From assembly GCA_963667015.2 (NCBI GenBank), contig CAXXJJ010000004.1, forward strand, positions 3,232,001-3,296,000: a stretch of 64,000 nt of DNA. Reading direction: 5' to 3'. Below the pieces are notes generated by a model, which saw nothing but the letters and a program-made list of their open reading frames with translations, was not told where the DNA came from and made no database searches. Of the stretch, positions 29,755-40,277 are shown one piece after another (the first letter of the stretch is position 1; every line of letters begins with the position of its first letter). Made by a program: the position numbers and the translations under genes. The stretch comes from Desulfatiglandales bacterium. Lineage in GTDB: Bacteria > Desulfobacterota > DSM-4660 > Desulfatiglandales > HGW-15.

Positions 29755-31191
29755 ATGCCTTCTGTAGAAGATTTCCCTGTAATAAAAATAATGATCGTTG
29801 ATGATGACCCCTCGATAGGAGATCTGATCGCGGATTTTCTAAAAAGGGAGGGACACACACCGGTCATATGCACAGATCCCTGGCAGGCCCTTGACCTCAT
29901 AAAACAGGAACCCTTTCACCTGGCCTTTGTAGACATAAATATGCCTGGCATGGACGGGCTTGAACTTGCGCCCAACCTGAAAAAGGAGAACCCTCTCCTC
30001 GAGGTTGTATTTATTACCGGTTACGGCACCTTTGACAATGCCATTCAGGCTATAAAGGTCGGGGCCTATGATTATTTAAGAAAACCCTTCGGCATAAGCG
30101 AACTCAATCTCTGCATCAAGCGGTTTCAGGAGCGCATGGAGCTCAAAGAGCGGGTTAAAAGAGTCGAACAGAGATATTACAACCTTGTACAGAATATTCC
30201 ATGCCTTGTGTTTATTGCCAGGGAGAGCCTGGAACTCGATTTTATAAACAGGGCCTGCGAACCAATGCTCGGCTATACCATAGATGAGGCCATAGCTGAA
30301 ACCGGATGGCTGCTGAAGAGAATACATGAAGATGACCGGGCGAGAATAAAGGCAACCCTTGACAGGGCATTCCAGTCTCAAAACTTCAGGTTTTCCGAAG
30401 AATGCCGCATGATCCACAGGGACGGGCATCTTATACATGTCATGATCGGTTCAATAACAGGCACAAAAATCCTGGGTGTCAACACAGTCAAGACCATCAA
30501 GGGTATGGTCGTTGATATAACAGACAGGGTTTTCCTTGAAAGGGAGATCATCCAGAAGGAAAAACTCAAACTACTCAGATCCATATCAGAGGAGGTAGCC
30601 CACGGAATCAGAAATCCCCTCATGTCAATCGGAGGTTTTGCCAGAAGGCTGAGGAAGAGATTTACCGATCTGCCTGAAGGGGATATCATCCTCAAGGAGT
30701 CCAAACGGCTTGAAAATATCCTGAAAAGGATTGCCGAGTACCTTAAACCCGTTGAGGTGAATTATGAGGAATGCCTGATAAACTCACTGGTCTCCGAATG
30801 TGTTGATGGGTATACCTCCGAAATCACACCTCAACAGGCAAATATCCAGCTGGACCTGGATAACTCCCTCTCACCCATAAGGACCGACAGAGAGATAATA
30901 ATAGGAATATTTTCCGAATTGCTAAAAAATTCAGGAAAAGATACTGATAATGGCAATATAATGTCAATTAAGACCTATGAAAGTGACAATAAATGCCATA
31001 TCGAATTTAAAAATAAAATTACAAACAAAAAGACAGAAGATCCGGATCTTTTTTTCCTTCCCTTTAACAGCAGTGAAAAGGAGATCGGCCTTCCCCTTTC
31101 CTACAGGCTACTGAAGGATATCGGAGGTCTCTTATCATATACACAGGAGGGAAAAGAAAGGGTTTTCACTGTCTCCTTACCTAAAACGTGA
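29755..31191 (+). CDS. REC-PAS-HisKA signalling protein with degenerate ATPase domain
   Basis: VDDD/DINMP/KPF receiver, PAS, VAHGIRNPL H-box; G1/G2 boxes not recognisable. Confidence 0.88.
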   Translation: MPSVEDFPVIKIMIVDDDPSIGDLIADFLKREGHTPVICTDPWQALDLIKQEPFHLAFVDINMPGMDGLELAPNLKKENPLLEVVFITGYGTFDNAIQAIKVGAYDYLRKPFGISELNLCIKRFQERMELKERVKRVEQRYYNLVQNIPCLVFIARESLELDFINRACEPMLGYTIDEAIAETGWLLKRIHEDDRARIKATLDRAFQSQNFRFSEECRMIHRDGHLIHVMIGSITGTKILGVNTVKTIKGMVVDITDRVFLEREIIQKEKLKLLRSISEEVAHGIRNPLMSIGGFARRLRKRFTDLPEGDIILKESKRLENILKRIAEYLKPVEVNYEECLINSLVSECVDGYTSEITPQQANIQLDLDNSLSPIRTDREIIIGIFSELLKNSGKDTDNGNIMSIKTYESDNKCHIEFKNKITNKKTEDPDLFFLPFNSSEKEIGLPLSYRLLKDIGGLLSYTQEGKERVFTVSLPKT

Positions 31192-31194
31192 ATC

Positions 31195-31210
31195 TGGCAT
31201 GATTTGTGCT
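31195..31210 (+). promoter_or_regulatory. candidate sigma54 promoter
   Basis: TGGCATGATTTGTGCT, GG-N10-GC spacing. Confidence 0.5.
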
Positions 31211-31582
31211 TTTATTATTGATATTTAATGTTGACAGTCTTGTAGCCTTTTATTATTTACCTTATCTGGCTTGAAATTTATAAAATTATAATTAGCTTTT
31301 AACCTGTTTGTTTTACAATAGAATAGCAGGGGGATCTTGAAGGTAATTATTTATTAAACTGGTTCCGGTAGTATTTACTTCAGACTTATTCCATATTTGC
31401 GTCCATCCGGAAAGAGCTGGTTCAGGTTAATAAGACGGCTTTCAGATGTCAGAATTCAGACACATTTTCCTTTTTACATGAACTGATAGGATTTAGACAG
31501 GGCTGAGTACTGATAAAAGAGTTGATTATGATACGGTTAGGGGAATTTATTCAGCAATAACTACTTAAAATGAAGGTGTTTT

Positions 31583-32899
31583 ATGAAAACTACAGTTGAA
31601 GAAATCAGTTCTGTTAAAAAGAAGATTCTGGTTGAGATTGAATCCAAAGATGTTGATAAAAAAATCGACAGTGCATTTAAAAGATATGGGAAAAGCGCAA
31701 AGATAAAAGGCTTCAGACCGGGCAAGGTGCCCATGAAGGTCCTTGAAAGATATTATGGTGACCAGGTCACATATGAGGTAACCAATTCCATTATTCAGGA
31801 AACCCTGCCCCAGGCAATGCAGGAAACGGAAATATGGCCCCTGAACATGCCGTCTATTGAAGAAGGCGCCCAGCTTGTTAAAGGCCAGGACTTCAAATAT
31901 GCTGCCATCATGGAAGTCAGGCCCGAGTTCGAACTTAAAGACTATACCGGCATTGAGGTTGAAAAAGAAAAATGCATGATCAGCGATGATGATGTAGATA
32001 ACCAGATTCAGTCCATTTTAAAATCCCAGGGCAACCTGGAGTCCCTGACTGAAGACAGGGGTATTGAAAAGGATGATTACGCCATCATCAGCTACCAGGG
32101 ATTCGAAGGAGATGAACCAGCCGACGGCATGAAGGCCGAAAACTACTCTCTTTCCATAGGTTCGGGCAACTTTTATCCGGGATTTGCGGATGAGCTTATC
32201 GGCGTAAAAAAGGGTGAAAAAAAGGAATTCACCATTGATTTCAAGGAAGACTATGTCAACCCCAAACTTGCGGGAAAAAACATCAAGTTTGAGGTAGAGG
32301 TTACCGATATAAAGGTCATGGTAGTACCTGAATTAAATGACGAGTTTGTTAAAGGACTTGGAGTTGAATTTGAGACGGTTGATGAACTGAAAGAAAGGAT
32401 TAAGGAAGATCTCACTTCACGGGAAGAAAAAAGGATAGAGTCTGATCTCAGAAACGCAATCCTTGAAAAAATATCTGACAGTGTAGAATTTGAGCTTCCC
32501 GAAAGTCTTGTTGAAAACGAGATCAACGCATCAATTGAAAACATGAGACAGAACTTTTTAAGATCAGGGGTCACATTTGAAAAACTCGGGCTCGAGCCGG
32601 AGAAGATGAAATCAGAATTGAGGCCGACCGCCGAAAAGAGTGTAAAGGCGGCTCTTATAATAGGAAAGATCTCAGAGCTGAATGAAATAGATGTAGATGA
32701 CAAGGAACTGGACCAGAGCTTTGAAGACATGGCAAAGGATGCCGGACATCCTGCCGAAACAATACGTAAATATTATGAGGCCAACGATCTCATAGATTCA
32801 TTCAGACAGACCCTGATAAAGGAAAAGGCCTTGAAATATCTGGTTGAAAATGCTAGCGTTACAGAGGTAGAGCCAGACAAAAAAGCGGAAAAAGAATAA
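31583..32899 (+). CDS. tig: trigger factor
   Basis: IKGFRPGKVP ribosome-binding motif, FKBP domain, upstream of clpP. Confidence 0.97.
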   Translation: MKTTVEEISSVKKKILVEIESKDVDKKIDSAFKRYGKSAKIKGFRPGKVPMKVLERYYGDQVTYEVTNSIIQETLPQAMQETEIWPLNMPSIEEGAQLVKGQDFKYAAIMEVRPEFELKDYTGIEVEKEKCMISDDDVDNQIQSILKSQGNLESLTEDRGIEKDDYAIISYQGFEGDEPADGMKAENYSLSIGSGNFYPGFADELIGVKKGEKKEFTIDFKEDYVNPKLAGKNIKFEVEVTDIKVMVVPELNDEFVKGLGVEFETVDELKERIKEDLTSREEKRIESDLRNAILEKISDSVEFELPESLVENEINASIENMRQNFLRSGVTFEKLGLEPEKMKSELRPTAEKSVKAALIIGKISELNEIDVDDKELDQSFEDMAKDAGHPAETIRKYYEANDLIDSFRQTLIKEKALKYLVENASVTEVEPDKKAEKE

Positions 32900-32988
32900 A
32901 TACTTACGGGTAATTTATTCATGTATTGACGCATTTAAAACTGGTTCTTATTTTTATTAATATTTCTACAGAGAGTGAAAAACAGGTT

Positions 32989-33594
32989 ATGTTGATACCA
33001 ATTGTAGTTGAGCAGACAAATCGGGGAGAACGTTCTTTTGACATATACTCACGACTGCTGAAAGAGCGGATTATTTTTATAGGTGAACAGGTTGAGGACA
33101 ATATGGCAAACACTGTTATTGCCCAGCTGCTGTTCCTTGAGTCGGAAGACACCGAAAAACCGATTACAGTTTATATAAATTCCCCCGGCGGATCTGTAAC
33201 CGCCGGCCTGGCCATATATGATACAATGCAGTACATCAAACCCGATGTAGCCACACTGTGCATGGGACAGGCATCAAGCATGGGTGCGCTTCTGCTTGCA
33301 GCAGGGGCAAAGGGGAAGAGACTTGCCCTGCCAAACTCCAGGATTATGATTCATCAGCCCCTTGGCGGAGTACAGGGTCAGGCCACTGACATTGAGATTC
33401 AGGCCAAAGAAATGATGAAGGTAAAAAACACAATCCATAATATCCTTGTTGAGCATACAGGTCAGTCCATTGAAAAAATCCGTGAGGACACCGAACGTGA
33501 CTATTTCATGAGCGCCGACCAGGCAATGGAATACGGCATTGTTGACAGAGTAATTAAAGCAAGAGAAATAAAAGAAGAATTAAAGGAAAAATAG
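32989..33594 (+). CDS. clpP: ATP-dependent Clp protease proteolytic subunit
   Basis: MLIPIVVEQ start at ATG 32989, DIYSRLL, YINSPGG, ASSMGA, MIHQP. Confidence 0.98.
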   Translation: MLIPIVVEQTNRGERSFDIYSRLLKERIIFIGEQVEDNMANTVIAQLLFLESEDTEKPITVYINSPGGSVTAGLAIYDTMQYIKPDVATLCMGQASSMGALLLAAGAKGKRLALPNSRIMIHQPLGGVQGQATDIEIQAKEMMKVKNTIHNILVEHTGQSIEKIREDTERDYFMSADQAMEYGIVDRVIKAREIKEELKEK

Positions 33595-33603
33595 AGGTAT
33601 CTG

Positions 33604-34851
33604 ATGCAAAGAAAAGATGATTCCGGTAACGATCTGCAATGCTCCTTTTGCGGAAAGAGCGAAGACGAGGTAAAAAAACTTATTACAGCCTCATCATCGG
33701 TATATATATGCGATGAATGTGTCCAGCTCTGCACCGAGATAATAGCCGAAGAGTATGGAAACGAAAAGGAAGAGAGCCTTGAACTGCCGAAACCATATCA
33801 GATTAAGGAAGCCCTTGATGATTATGTCATCGAGCAGGACAGGCCTAAAAAGATACTTTCTGTAGCGGTTCACAACCATTACAAGAGAATAAATACCAAT
33901 ATCAAGATGGACGATGTCGAGATTCAGAAAAGCAACATTCTCCTGATAGGTCCGACCGGATCCGGCAAGACTTTACTTGCCCAGACCCTGGCGAGGATTC
34001 TCAAGGTGCCCTTCACGATTGCCGACGCAACAACTCTCACCGAGGCAGGTTATGTTGGAGAAGATGTTGAAAACATTATTCTTAACCTTGTCCAGATAGC
34101 GGACTATGAGGTTGAATCTGCCTGCAAGGGGATAGTCTATATTGATGAGATAGACAAAATAGCCAGAAAATCCGACAGCCCTTCAATCACAAGGGATGTA
34201 TCGGGTGAAGGTGTTCAGCAGGCCCTGCTCAAGATAATTGAGGGGACCATGGCAAGTGTACCCCCAAAGGGCGGAAGAAAGCACCCGCAGCAGGATTTTG
34301 TAAAGGTTGATACGAGCAATATACTGTTTATATGCGGAGGAACCTTTACCGGTCTCGAAAAGATCATCAGAAACCGGATCGGAAGCAAATCAATGGGATT
34401 TGAGGCTGAAATCCATGCCCAGGATAAAGATGATTCAGATGACATCATCGCCATGGCGCAGCCCGAGGATCTCGTAAAGTTCGGACTGATTCCCGAATTT
34501 ATCGGTAGAATACCGATAATCGCAACCCTGAATAACCTCAGTGAAGATGCCCTTGTAAGGATACTTACAGAACCTAAAAATGCCCTTGTTAAACAGTACA
34601 AAAAACTGTTTGAGGTTGAAGGGGTTGAACTCAAGTTCCAGGAAGAGGCATACCGGGCTATTGCCAGGGATGCCATCAAAAGAAAATCAGGGGCGCGCGG
34701 TTTGCGTGCAATACTCGAATCAGTAATGCTGGATATTATGTATGACATCCCGAGCATGCCCGGGGTCAGCGAATGTATTATTGAAGAGAGTGTAATAACA
34801 AAAGGAACCGAACCTCTAATAACATATGAAAACAAGGCAGGTTACGCATAA
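33604..34851 (+). CDS. clpX: ATP-dependent Clp protease ATP-binding subunit
   Basis: CSFCGK zinc finger, [22 protein letters not shown] loop. Confidence 0.98.
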   Translation: MQRKDDSGNDLQCSFCGKSEDEVKKLITASSSVYICDECVQLCTEIIAEEYGNEKEESLELPKPYQIKEALDDYVIEQDRPKKILSVAVHNHYKRINTNIKMDDVEIQKSNILLIGPTGSGKTLLAQTLARILKVPFTIADATTLTEAGYVGEDVENIILNLVQIADYEVESACKGIVYIDEIDKIARKSDSPSITRDVSGEGVQQALLKIIEGTMASVPPKGGRKHPQQDFVKVDTSNILFICGGTFTGLEKIIRNRIGSKSMGFEAEIHAQDKDDSDDIIAMAQPEDLVKFGLIPEFIGRIPIIATLNNLSEDALVRILTEPKNALVKQYKKLFEVEGVELKFQEEAYRAIARDAIKRKSGARGLRAILESVMLDIMYDIPSMPGVSECIIEESVITKGTEPLITYENKAGYA

Positions 34852-34854
34852 GTC

Positions 34855-37311
34855 ATGTTTAATTTTAACAAGAAGGATCAAATGAATTTTTTTACAGACG
34901 ATAACACCAGGTACCCGCTTCTCCCTTTAAAGGATATGGTGGTTTTTCCCAACAGGGTTGTGCATTTATTTGTAGCCAGGGAAAAGTCTATCAAGGCAAT
35001 AGACTATGCCATGGCCAATGACAAGGAGATCTTCCTTTCTGCACAGAAGGACGCATCCATCGACAATCCGGTGGAAAACGATATCTATTCATTCGGTACC
35101 CTGGGTACTGTCCTGCAGAAACTTACACTGCCGGACGGGACTGTAAAAGTCCTGATTGAGGGTAAAAAGCGCGCCAGGATAGAAACATTTCTGGACAATC
35201 CTGATTTCTACATGGTGGAAGTCAACCTGGTGAACGAAAAATTTGAGGACTCGCCAAAGGTCCAGGCGCTTGTGCGTTCTATTATTGAAAGCTTTGATGA
35301 GTATGCAAAGCTAAATAAAAAAGTCGGAAAAGACCTTGCAAATACGATATCAGCTATCAATGACCCGGCAAAGCTCGCAGACACCATTACTTCCCACCTG
35401 GGGCTTAATGTGTCTGACAAGCAGGAACTGCTTGCAAAGATAGATGTTGAAGACCGGCTGGATGCACTCTTTAAAAAACTGGTCAGCGAGATCAAAATCC
35501 TTTCCATCGAAAGCAGATTAAAAAGGCGCGTTAAAAAACAGATGGAAAAAACCCAGAAGGATTATTATCTCAACGAACAGATGAGGGCCATCCAGAAGGA
35601 GATGGGGACCAAGGATGATTTCAAGGCGGAACTTGAACAGCTTGAAAAAAAGATAAAAAGGAAAAAACTTACAAAGGAAGCAAAGGAAAAGGTGTGGCAG
35701 GAGTTCAACAAGCTCAAGATGATGTCTCCCATGTCTGCCGAGGCAACCGTTGTAAGGAACTATATAGACTGGATTATTGCACTGCCATGGAATGACAAAA
35801 CAAAAGACAAGATGGATATGGATGAGGCCAAGGCTATCCTTGATGAAGATCATTACGGCCTCAAAAAACCCAAGGAAAGGATTCTGGAATATCTTGCGGT
35901 ACAGAACCTTACCAAAAAGATTAAGGGTCCTATCCTCTGCCTTGTGGGTCCTCCGGGTGTTGGCAAGACATCCCTGGCAAAATCCGTTGCAAGGTCAATG
36001 GGCAGAAATTTTGTCAGGTTATCCCTTGGAGGTGTTAGGGATGAGGCTGAAATACGCGGTCACAGAAGGACATATATAGGCGCGCTTCCGGGCAAGATCA
36101 TACAGTATCTCAAAAAGGCAAAATCCAGCAATCCGGTATTCTGCCTTGACGAAGTTGACAAGATGAGCACTGACTTCAGGGGCGATCCATCAGCAGCCCT
36201 TCTTGAGGTGCTTGACCCTGAACAGAATTATGCATTTAACGATCATTATCTTGATCTTGATTACGATCTTTCAAATGTTCTGTTTATTACAACTGCAAAC
36301 ACCCTTTACAACATCCCTCTTCCTCTGCAGGACAGAATGGAAATAATCAGGATTGCAGGTTATACAGAGCTTGAAAAGCTTAATATTGCCAAGCAGTTCC
36401 TGGTTAAAAAGCAGATCGAACTTAACGGCCTGACAGAAGAAAACATCAATATCTCAGATCAGGCCCTCCTGGGTATTATAAGGAACTATACCAGGGAGGC
36501 CGGTGTAAGGAATCTTGAAAGAGAAATCTCCTCTGTCTGCAGAAAGGTGGCAAAGGAGGTCGTTAAAAAGGGTAAAGACACAAAGGTAAGTATCTCTGCC
36601 ACTTCACTCAACAAATACCTGGGGGTTATTAAATTCCGATTTGGAAGCTCCGAAGAGCAGGATGCAGTGGGTGTAACAACCGGCCTTGCATGGACAGAGG
36701 TGGGAGGAGAACTTCTCCAGACAGAAGCGGCTATCATGCCGGGTAAAGGCGCGCTTAAACTGACCGGAAAACTCGGAGATGTAATGCAGGAATCTGCCCA
36801 GGCGGCCATGAGTTATGTAAGAACAAGGGCAAGGCAGCTTCAGCTTCCCGACCTTTTTTACGAGAAGGTTGATATACACATACACGTGCCTGAAGGGGCA
36901 ATACCCAAAGACGGTCCGTCTGCAGGTATTGCGCTTGCAACAACAATTATTTCCGCCCTTACAGGCAAACCTGTTAATTCAAAGATTGCCATGACAGGCG
37001 AGATAACCCTGAGAGGAAGAGTGCTTCCCATTGGCGGTTTGAAGGAAAAGATACTTGCAGCCCACAGGGGCAACATAACCAAGGTTCTTATACCAATGGA
37101 TAATAAAAAAGACCTCGAAGAGATCCCTGACAGGATACTTAAAAAGGTCGAGATAATACCTGTTGAGCATATGGACGATGTATTAAAGGAAGCGCTGGTA
37201 CTGAAAGAAGACGAAGTTCTTTTTGCGCCGGAGGAGAAATGTGAGCCCTTCAGCATTGAGGCGTGCATGGATATAAAACCTCCTCAAAATAATGAAGTTA
37301 CAGCACATTAA
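34855..37311 (+). CDS. lon: Lon protease
   Basis: [33 protein letters not shown]. Confidence 0.98.
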   Translation: MFNFNKKDQMNFFTDDNTRYPLLPLKDMVVFPNRVVHLFVAREKSIKAIDYAMANDKEIFLSAQKDASIDNPVENDIYSFGTLGTVLQKLTLPDGTVKVLIEGKKRARIETFLDNPDFYMVEVNLVNEKFEDSPKVQALVRSIIESFDEYAKLNKKVGKDLANTISAINDPAKLADTITSHLGLNVSDKQELLAKIDVEDRLDALFKKLVSEIKILSIESRLKRRVKKQMEKTQKDYYLNEQMRAIQKEMGTKDDFKAELEQLEKKIKRKKLTKEAKEKVWQEFNKLKMMSPMSAEATVVRNYIDWIIALPWNDKTKDKMDMDEAKAILDEDHYGLKKPKERILEYLAVQNLTKKIKGPILCLVGPPGVGKTSLAKSVARSMGRNFVRLSLGGVRDEAEIRGHRRTYIGALPGKIIQYLKKAKSSNPVFCLDEVDKMSTDFRGDPSAALLEVLDPEQNYAFNDHYLDLDYDLSNVLFITTANTLYNIPLPLQDRMEIIRIAGYTELEKLNIAKQFLVKKQIELNGLTEENINISDQALLGIIRNYTREAGVRNLEREISSVCRKVAKEVVKKGKDTKVSISATSLNKYLGVIKFRFGSSEEQDAVGVTTGLAWTEVGGELLQTEAAIMPGKGALKLTGKLGDVMQESAQAAMSYVRTRARQLQLPDLFYEKVDIHIHVPEGAIPKDGPSAGIALATTIISALTGKPVNSKIAMTGEITLRGRVLPIGGLKEKILAAHRGNITKVLIPMDNKKDLEEIPDRILKKVEIIPVEHMDDVLKEALVLKEDEVLFAPEEKCEPFSIEACMDIKPPQNNEVTAH

Positions 37312-37398
37312 TGCTTGACAATATTTTTCTCATATGAGAGAAGAACAGTTTCCGTGAGCTGACAACTCACATGGAATCGTGAAAGAAATACCAACAGT

Positions 37399-37450
37399 GG
37401 GCGGATAGCTCAGCTGGGAGAGCGCCCCGCAAATAAGCGGGGATGTCGCA
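37399..37450 (+). pseudogene. partial tRNA-Val copy with anticodon arm replaced by a CCCCGC-AAATAA-GCGGGG hairpin
   Basis: First 26 nt and ATGTCGCA identical to the tRNA-Val at 37563; no T-loop or 3' acceptor strand. Confidence 0.85.
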
Positions 37451-37562
37451 AAGATTGTTCTTTTAAAATTAAAATTATCCTCACACCTTATGTATTAGAG
37501 ACGTCAATCGATTATACTAAGGTGTTTTAAAATAAGGATGATGATGTGAAAAATTAAAAAGT

Positions 37563-37637
37563 GGGCGGATAGCTCAGCTGGGAGAGCGTCGGCCTTACAG
37601 CCGAATGTCGCAGGTTCGAACCCTGTTCTGCCCACCA
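37563..37637 (+). tRNA. tRNA-Val(TAC); anticodon loop 6 nt as sequenced
   Basis: GGGCGGA/TCTGCCC acceptor, TCGGC-CTTACA-GCCGA arm, GGTTCGAACC, encoded CCA. Confidence 0.9.
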
Positions 37638-37710
37638 CTTTTTTTAAAAAAATGCTTGATAAAGCATTTTAAAAAGGGTATCAAGACTTTCACAATTTCA
37701 AGGGATTCCC

Positions 37711-37788
37711 GGGGGCGTAGTTCAGCTTGGTTAGAACGCCGGCCTGTCACGCCGGAGGTCGCGAGTTCGATCCTCGTCGCTCCCGCCA
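37711..37788 (+). tRNA. tRNA-Asp(GTC)
   Basis: GGGGGCG/CGCTCCC acceptor, CCGGC-CTGTCAC-GCCGG arm, GTTCGATC, encoded CCA. Confidence 0.97.
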
Positions 37789-37796
37789 CTTATAGC

Positions 37797-37831
37797 AAAG
37801 GGCTTAACTCTTATCAGGGTTGAGCCCTTTT
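37797..37831 (+). terminator. intrinsic terminator after tRNA pair
   Basis: AAAGGGCTTAAC...GTTGAGCCCTTT stem ending in a T run. Confidence 0.8.
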
Positions 37832-38027
37832 GTATTTCGTGTCCTGCTTAGCCTAAATGATACAAACAAAGAGAATTGTCAAATAAAATTATTTATTCAA
37901 CGTCGGTATCTTACTGATTTAATTAATTATATTAAGACAATGAAATCAATTAACTTGAAAGTTAACCAGGTCAATGTATACTAAACTCTATTCATTGTTA
38001 ACCGGCAAACAAGATAAGGATAAATTA

Positions 38028-38450
38028 ATGGAAGAGATAGAATGGAGTGATGAATACAGCGTTGGTATTGAAGCTATTGATAATCAGCATAAAATATTAT
38101 TAAAAATGATTAATAGTATTATCAGAACTCACGACACAACAGCTAATCCTGAAACAGTAACTAATTTAATTTCTGATATGACGAAATACGCACAGGAACA
38201 TTTTAGTGCTGAAGAAAATATTATGAAGGAAAACGGATATTCGAAATTAGATAAACATATTGAAGAACACCAGGCTTTTATTGAAAAGACAGTTGATTTA
38301 TGCTCAGCCACTTATCTTGAAATCGGGAAAGTTCCTGCTGTATTGCTTAACTTTTTAAAAGAGTGGTTGAAATCCCATATATTAAAAACAGACATGGAAT
38401 TAAAAAACTTTTTTAATGAAAAAACAATTAACAGCAATTCCATTGAATAA
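38028..38450 (+). CDS. single-domain bacteriohemerythrin
   Basis: WSDEYSVGIEAIDNQHK, HFSAEE, HIEEH, WLKSHILKTD iron ligands; AAGGA RBS before ATG 38028. Confidence 0.93.
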   Translation: MEEIEWSDEYSVGIEAIDNQHKILLKMINSIIRTHDTTANPETVTNLISDMTKYAQEHFSAEENIMKENGYSKLDKHIEEHQAFIEKTVDLCSATYLEIGKVPAVLLNFLKEWLKSHILKTDMELKNFFNEKTINSNSIE

Positions 38451-38596
38451 AAATATCTATTTTTGTAACTGTTGTTACTGAATATATTAATCTCCGGGCA
38501 GATTATATTTCTTATTATCTTCAACTATCAGTTAAGGGGCACGTATTCCCTAGAATACAATTTTCTAAACTTTTACATAAATCCAGCCAATCATAA

Positions 38597-38707
38597 TTGA
38601 CATAGAATGAATTTTTTACTTAAAATTTACACGCTTTAGAATTGATCAAGGTTTTAGTCTCCATTGAAAGGCCGAGAACCACCTCTCTCGGCCTTTCGCC
38701 ATTTTTT
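38597..38707 (+). ncRNA. candidate small RNA unit (promoter plus ~75-nt transcript ending in 12-bp hairpin and T tract)
   Basis: TTGACA-N18-TAAAAT at 38597-38626; GAAAGGCCGAGA/TCTCGGCCTTTC stem at 38666-38697; T6 at 38702. Confidence 0.45.
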
Positions 38708-38819
38708 ACTGCATACTTTTTTTAGATATCAGAATTGTTTTTTATTCCTTATCTCTTTTCATCCTACTGTGGATACTCGTTATGATTTTGACAAAAAAAC
38801 CTTCCTCCTGCAGTCTCAG

Positions 38820-38935
38820 GGAACACGGCTAAAAGATTATTTTTGTCTTTATTTGAAGCATTGAAAGATCTTGTTTTCAAATGTTCATCAAGGTATGTCT
38901 GCATATCGTCAGGAGTGATTTTATTTACATGCATA
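38820..38935 (-). pseudogene. possible remnant of a tyrosine integrase core-binding (SAM-like) domain
   Basis: VNKITPDDMQTYLDEHLKTRSFNASNKDKNNLLAVF resembles the IT...YL...S....N....L...F helix pattern; about 1 kb downstream of tRNA-Asp. Confidence 0.45.
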
Positions 38936-39029
38936 TACATTGAATTTAACAAACACTGAATGCACAGGAATATTAATTCTCAGCAAATTAATTGCCAATG
39001 TCAGCCGCATAAAATATTGGAGCATATAA

Positions 39030-39590
39030 ATGGATTATATACCGGATTCAAATACAGCGCTTATTGTAATTGATGTTCAAAAGGGACTTGACGATCCAAT
39101 CTGGGGAGAAAGAAATAACCCGGATGCAGAAGCTAATATATCACGTATAATCTCTTTTTGGAGAAACAACAAACGTCCTGTAATTCACATCCAGCATTGT
39201 CCTGTAGAGCCTGATTCCCCGCTGCGTCCACACCTGCCTGGAGTTGAATTTAAGCCAGAGGCCGCTCCGCTTCCAGGGGAGATAATTTTTCAAAAGTCTG
39301 TTAACAGTGCATTTATTGGTACTGACCTGGAATCATATCTCAGGTCGGAACAAATTGAAAATGTAGTTATCATCGGTTTAACAACAGACCAGTGTGTATC
39401 AACTACAACCCGTATGGCAGGAAATCTAGGTTTCAATGTTCTGCTTGTTTCTGATGCTACCGCAGCATTTAATAAAACAGGTCCGGACGGCAAAGAATAT
39501 AGCGCTGAAACAATTTTTTCTGCTAATTTAGCCAGCCTGCATAATGAATTTTGCAAGGTAATTACGACTGCGCAATTATTGAGTGCATAA
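39030..39590 (+). CDS. cysteine hydrolase / isochorismatase family protein
   Basis: ALIVIDVQ, KSVNSAF, TTDQCVSTT (D-K-C triad). Confidence 0.93.
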   Translation: MDYIPDSNTALIVIDVQKGLDDPIWGERNNPDAEANISRIISFWRNNKRPVIHIQHCPVEPDSPLRPHLPGVEFKPEAAPLPGEIIFQKSVNSAFIGTDLESYLRSEQIENVVIIGLTTDQCVSTTTRMAGNLGFNVLLVSDATAAFNKTGPDGKEYSAETIFSANLASLHNEFCKVITTAQLLSA

Positions 39591-39803
39591 TGGCGGTTTA
39601 AAATTGTTTAATCTGACGTTTACCCTTAGGTACTGCCAATCCAGGCATGTTTTTTAAAACCCGATTGAATCTGGTATAGATACCTTTCTTCAGGGGATGT
39701 TTTTGACCAGCATGACTAAATATCATTAGATTTATGACCTGCAGCCATCTCATCAATCTTTTCATCGCTTACTTAAAAAAGAATGAAAAATTTTTCTGAA
39801 AAC

Positions 39804-40277
39804 CTAATTCTTTTTCGGAGACCATTTTTTTAAAAAATTTAAAAACTTCTCCTTATCATAAGATTTACCGTTTTCCAGGAGCCCTGTATTTTGAGAATGA
39901 AGAAGTTTACCCTCTGAGGAGAGCACAAAAATATGGGGATAACCTTCGATTTTAGGAAACCTGGAAAGAATCTCTTTATTCTCATTTTCCGGGCTGAAAT
40001 TTATTTTCAACAATATAAAATTGTCATGAAGGCAGCTTTCAACCTCCTTATTTTCCTCAATCCATTTTTCCATAATCCTGCACCAGATGCACCAGTTCCC
40101 TCCAATGTCCAGAAGTATATTTTTTTCTGCCTCACCGGCCATTTTTATTGCCAGCGAAAGATCTTTACCGGCATCTCTTTGAGGATCAAATTTCACTGGC
40201 AAGTCATCCGCCCCGGCTGAACTGAGCGAAAAAAACAATGCTGACACAAAAACAATCGATATAATAAATGACCTCAT
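39804..40277 (-). CDS. exported thioredoxin family protein
   Basis: Signal peptide, GGNWCIWC, GYP cis-Pro loop. Confidence 0.9.
   Translation of the reverse strand: MRSFIISIVFVSALFFSLSSAGADDLPVKFDPQRDAGKDLSLAIKMAGEAEKNILLDIGGNWCIWCRIMEKWIEENKEVESCLHDNFILLKINFSPENENKEILSRFPKIEGYPHIFVLSSEGKLLHSQNTGLLENGKSYDKEKFLNFLKKWSPKKN

Noticed and set aside
37451..37562. Possible GIY-YIG coding remnant in the spacer (short EKLKSGR / KIKKW readings)
   Set aside because: Only 5-7 residues in AT-rich sequence, partly inside the tRNA; indistinguishable from chance
37595..37823. ORFs 37595-37789 (-) and 37605-37823 (+)
   Set aside because: They overlap the tRNA genes; artefactual translations
39598..39765. 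55-codon minus-strand ORF (MKRLMRWLQ...)
   Set aside because: No RBS or recognisable motif
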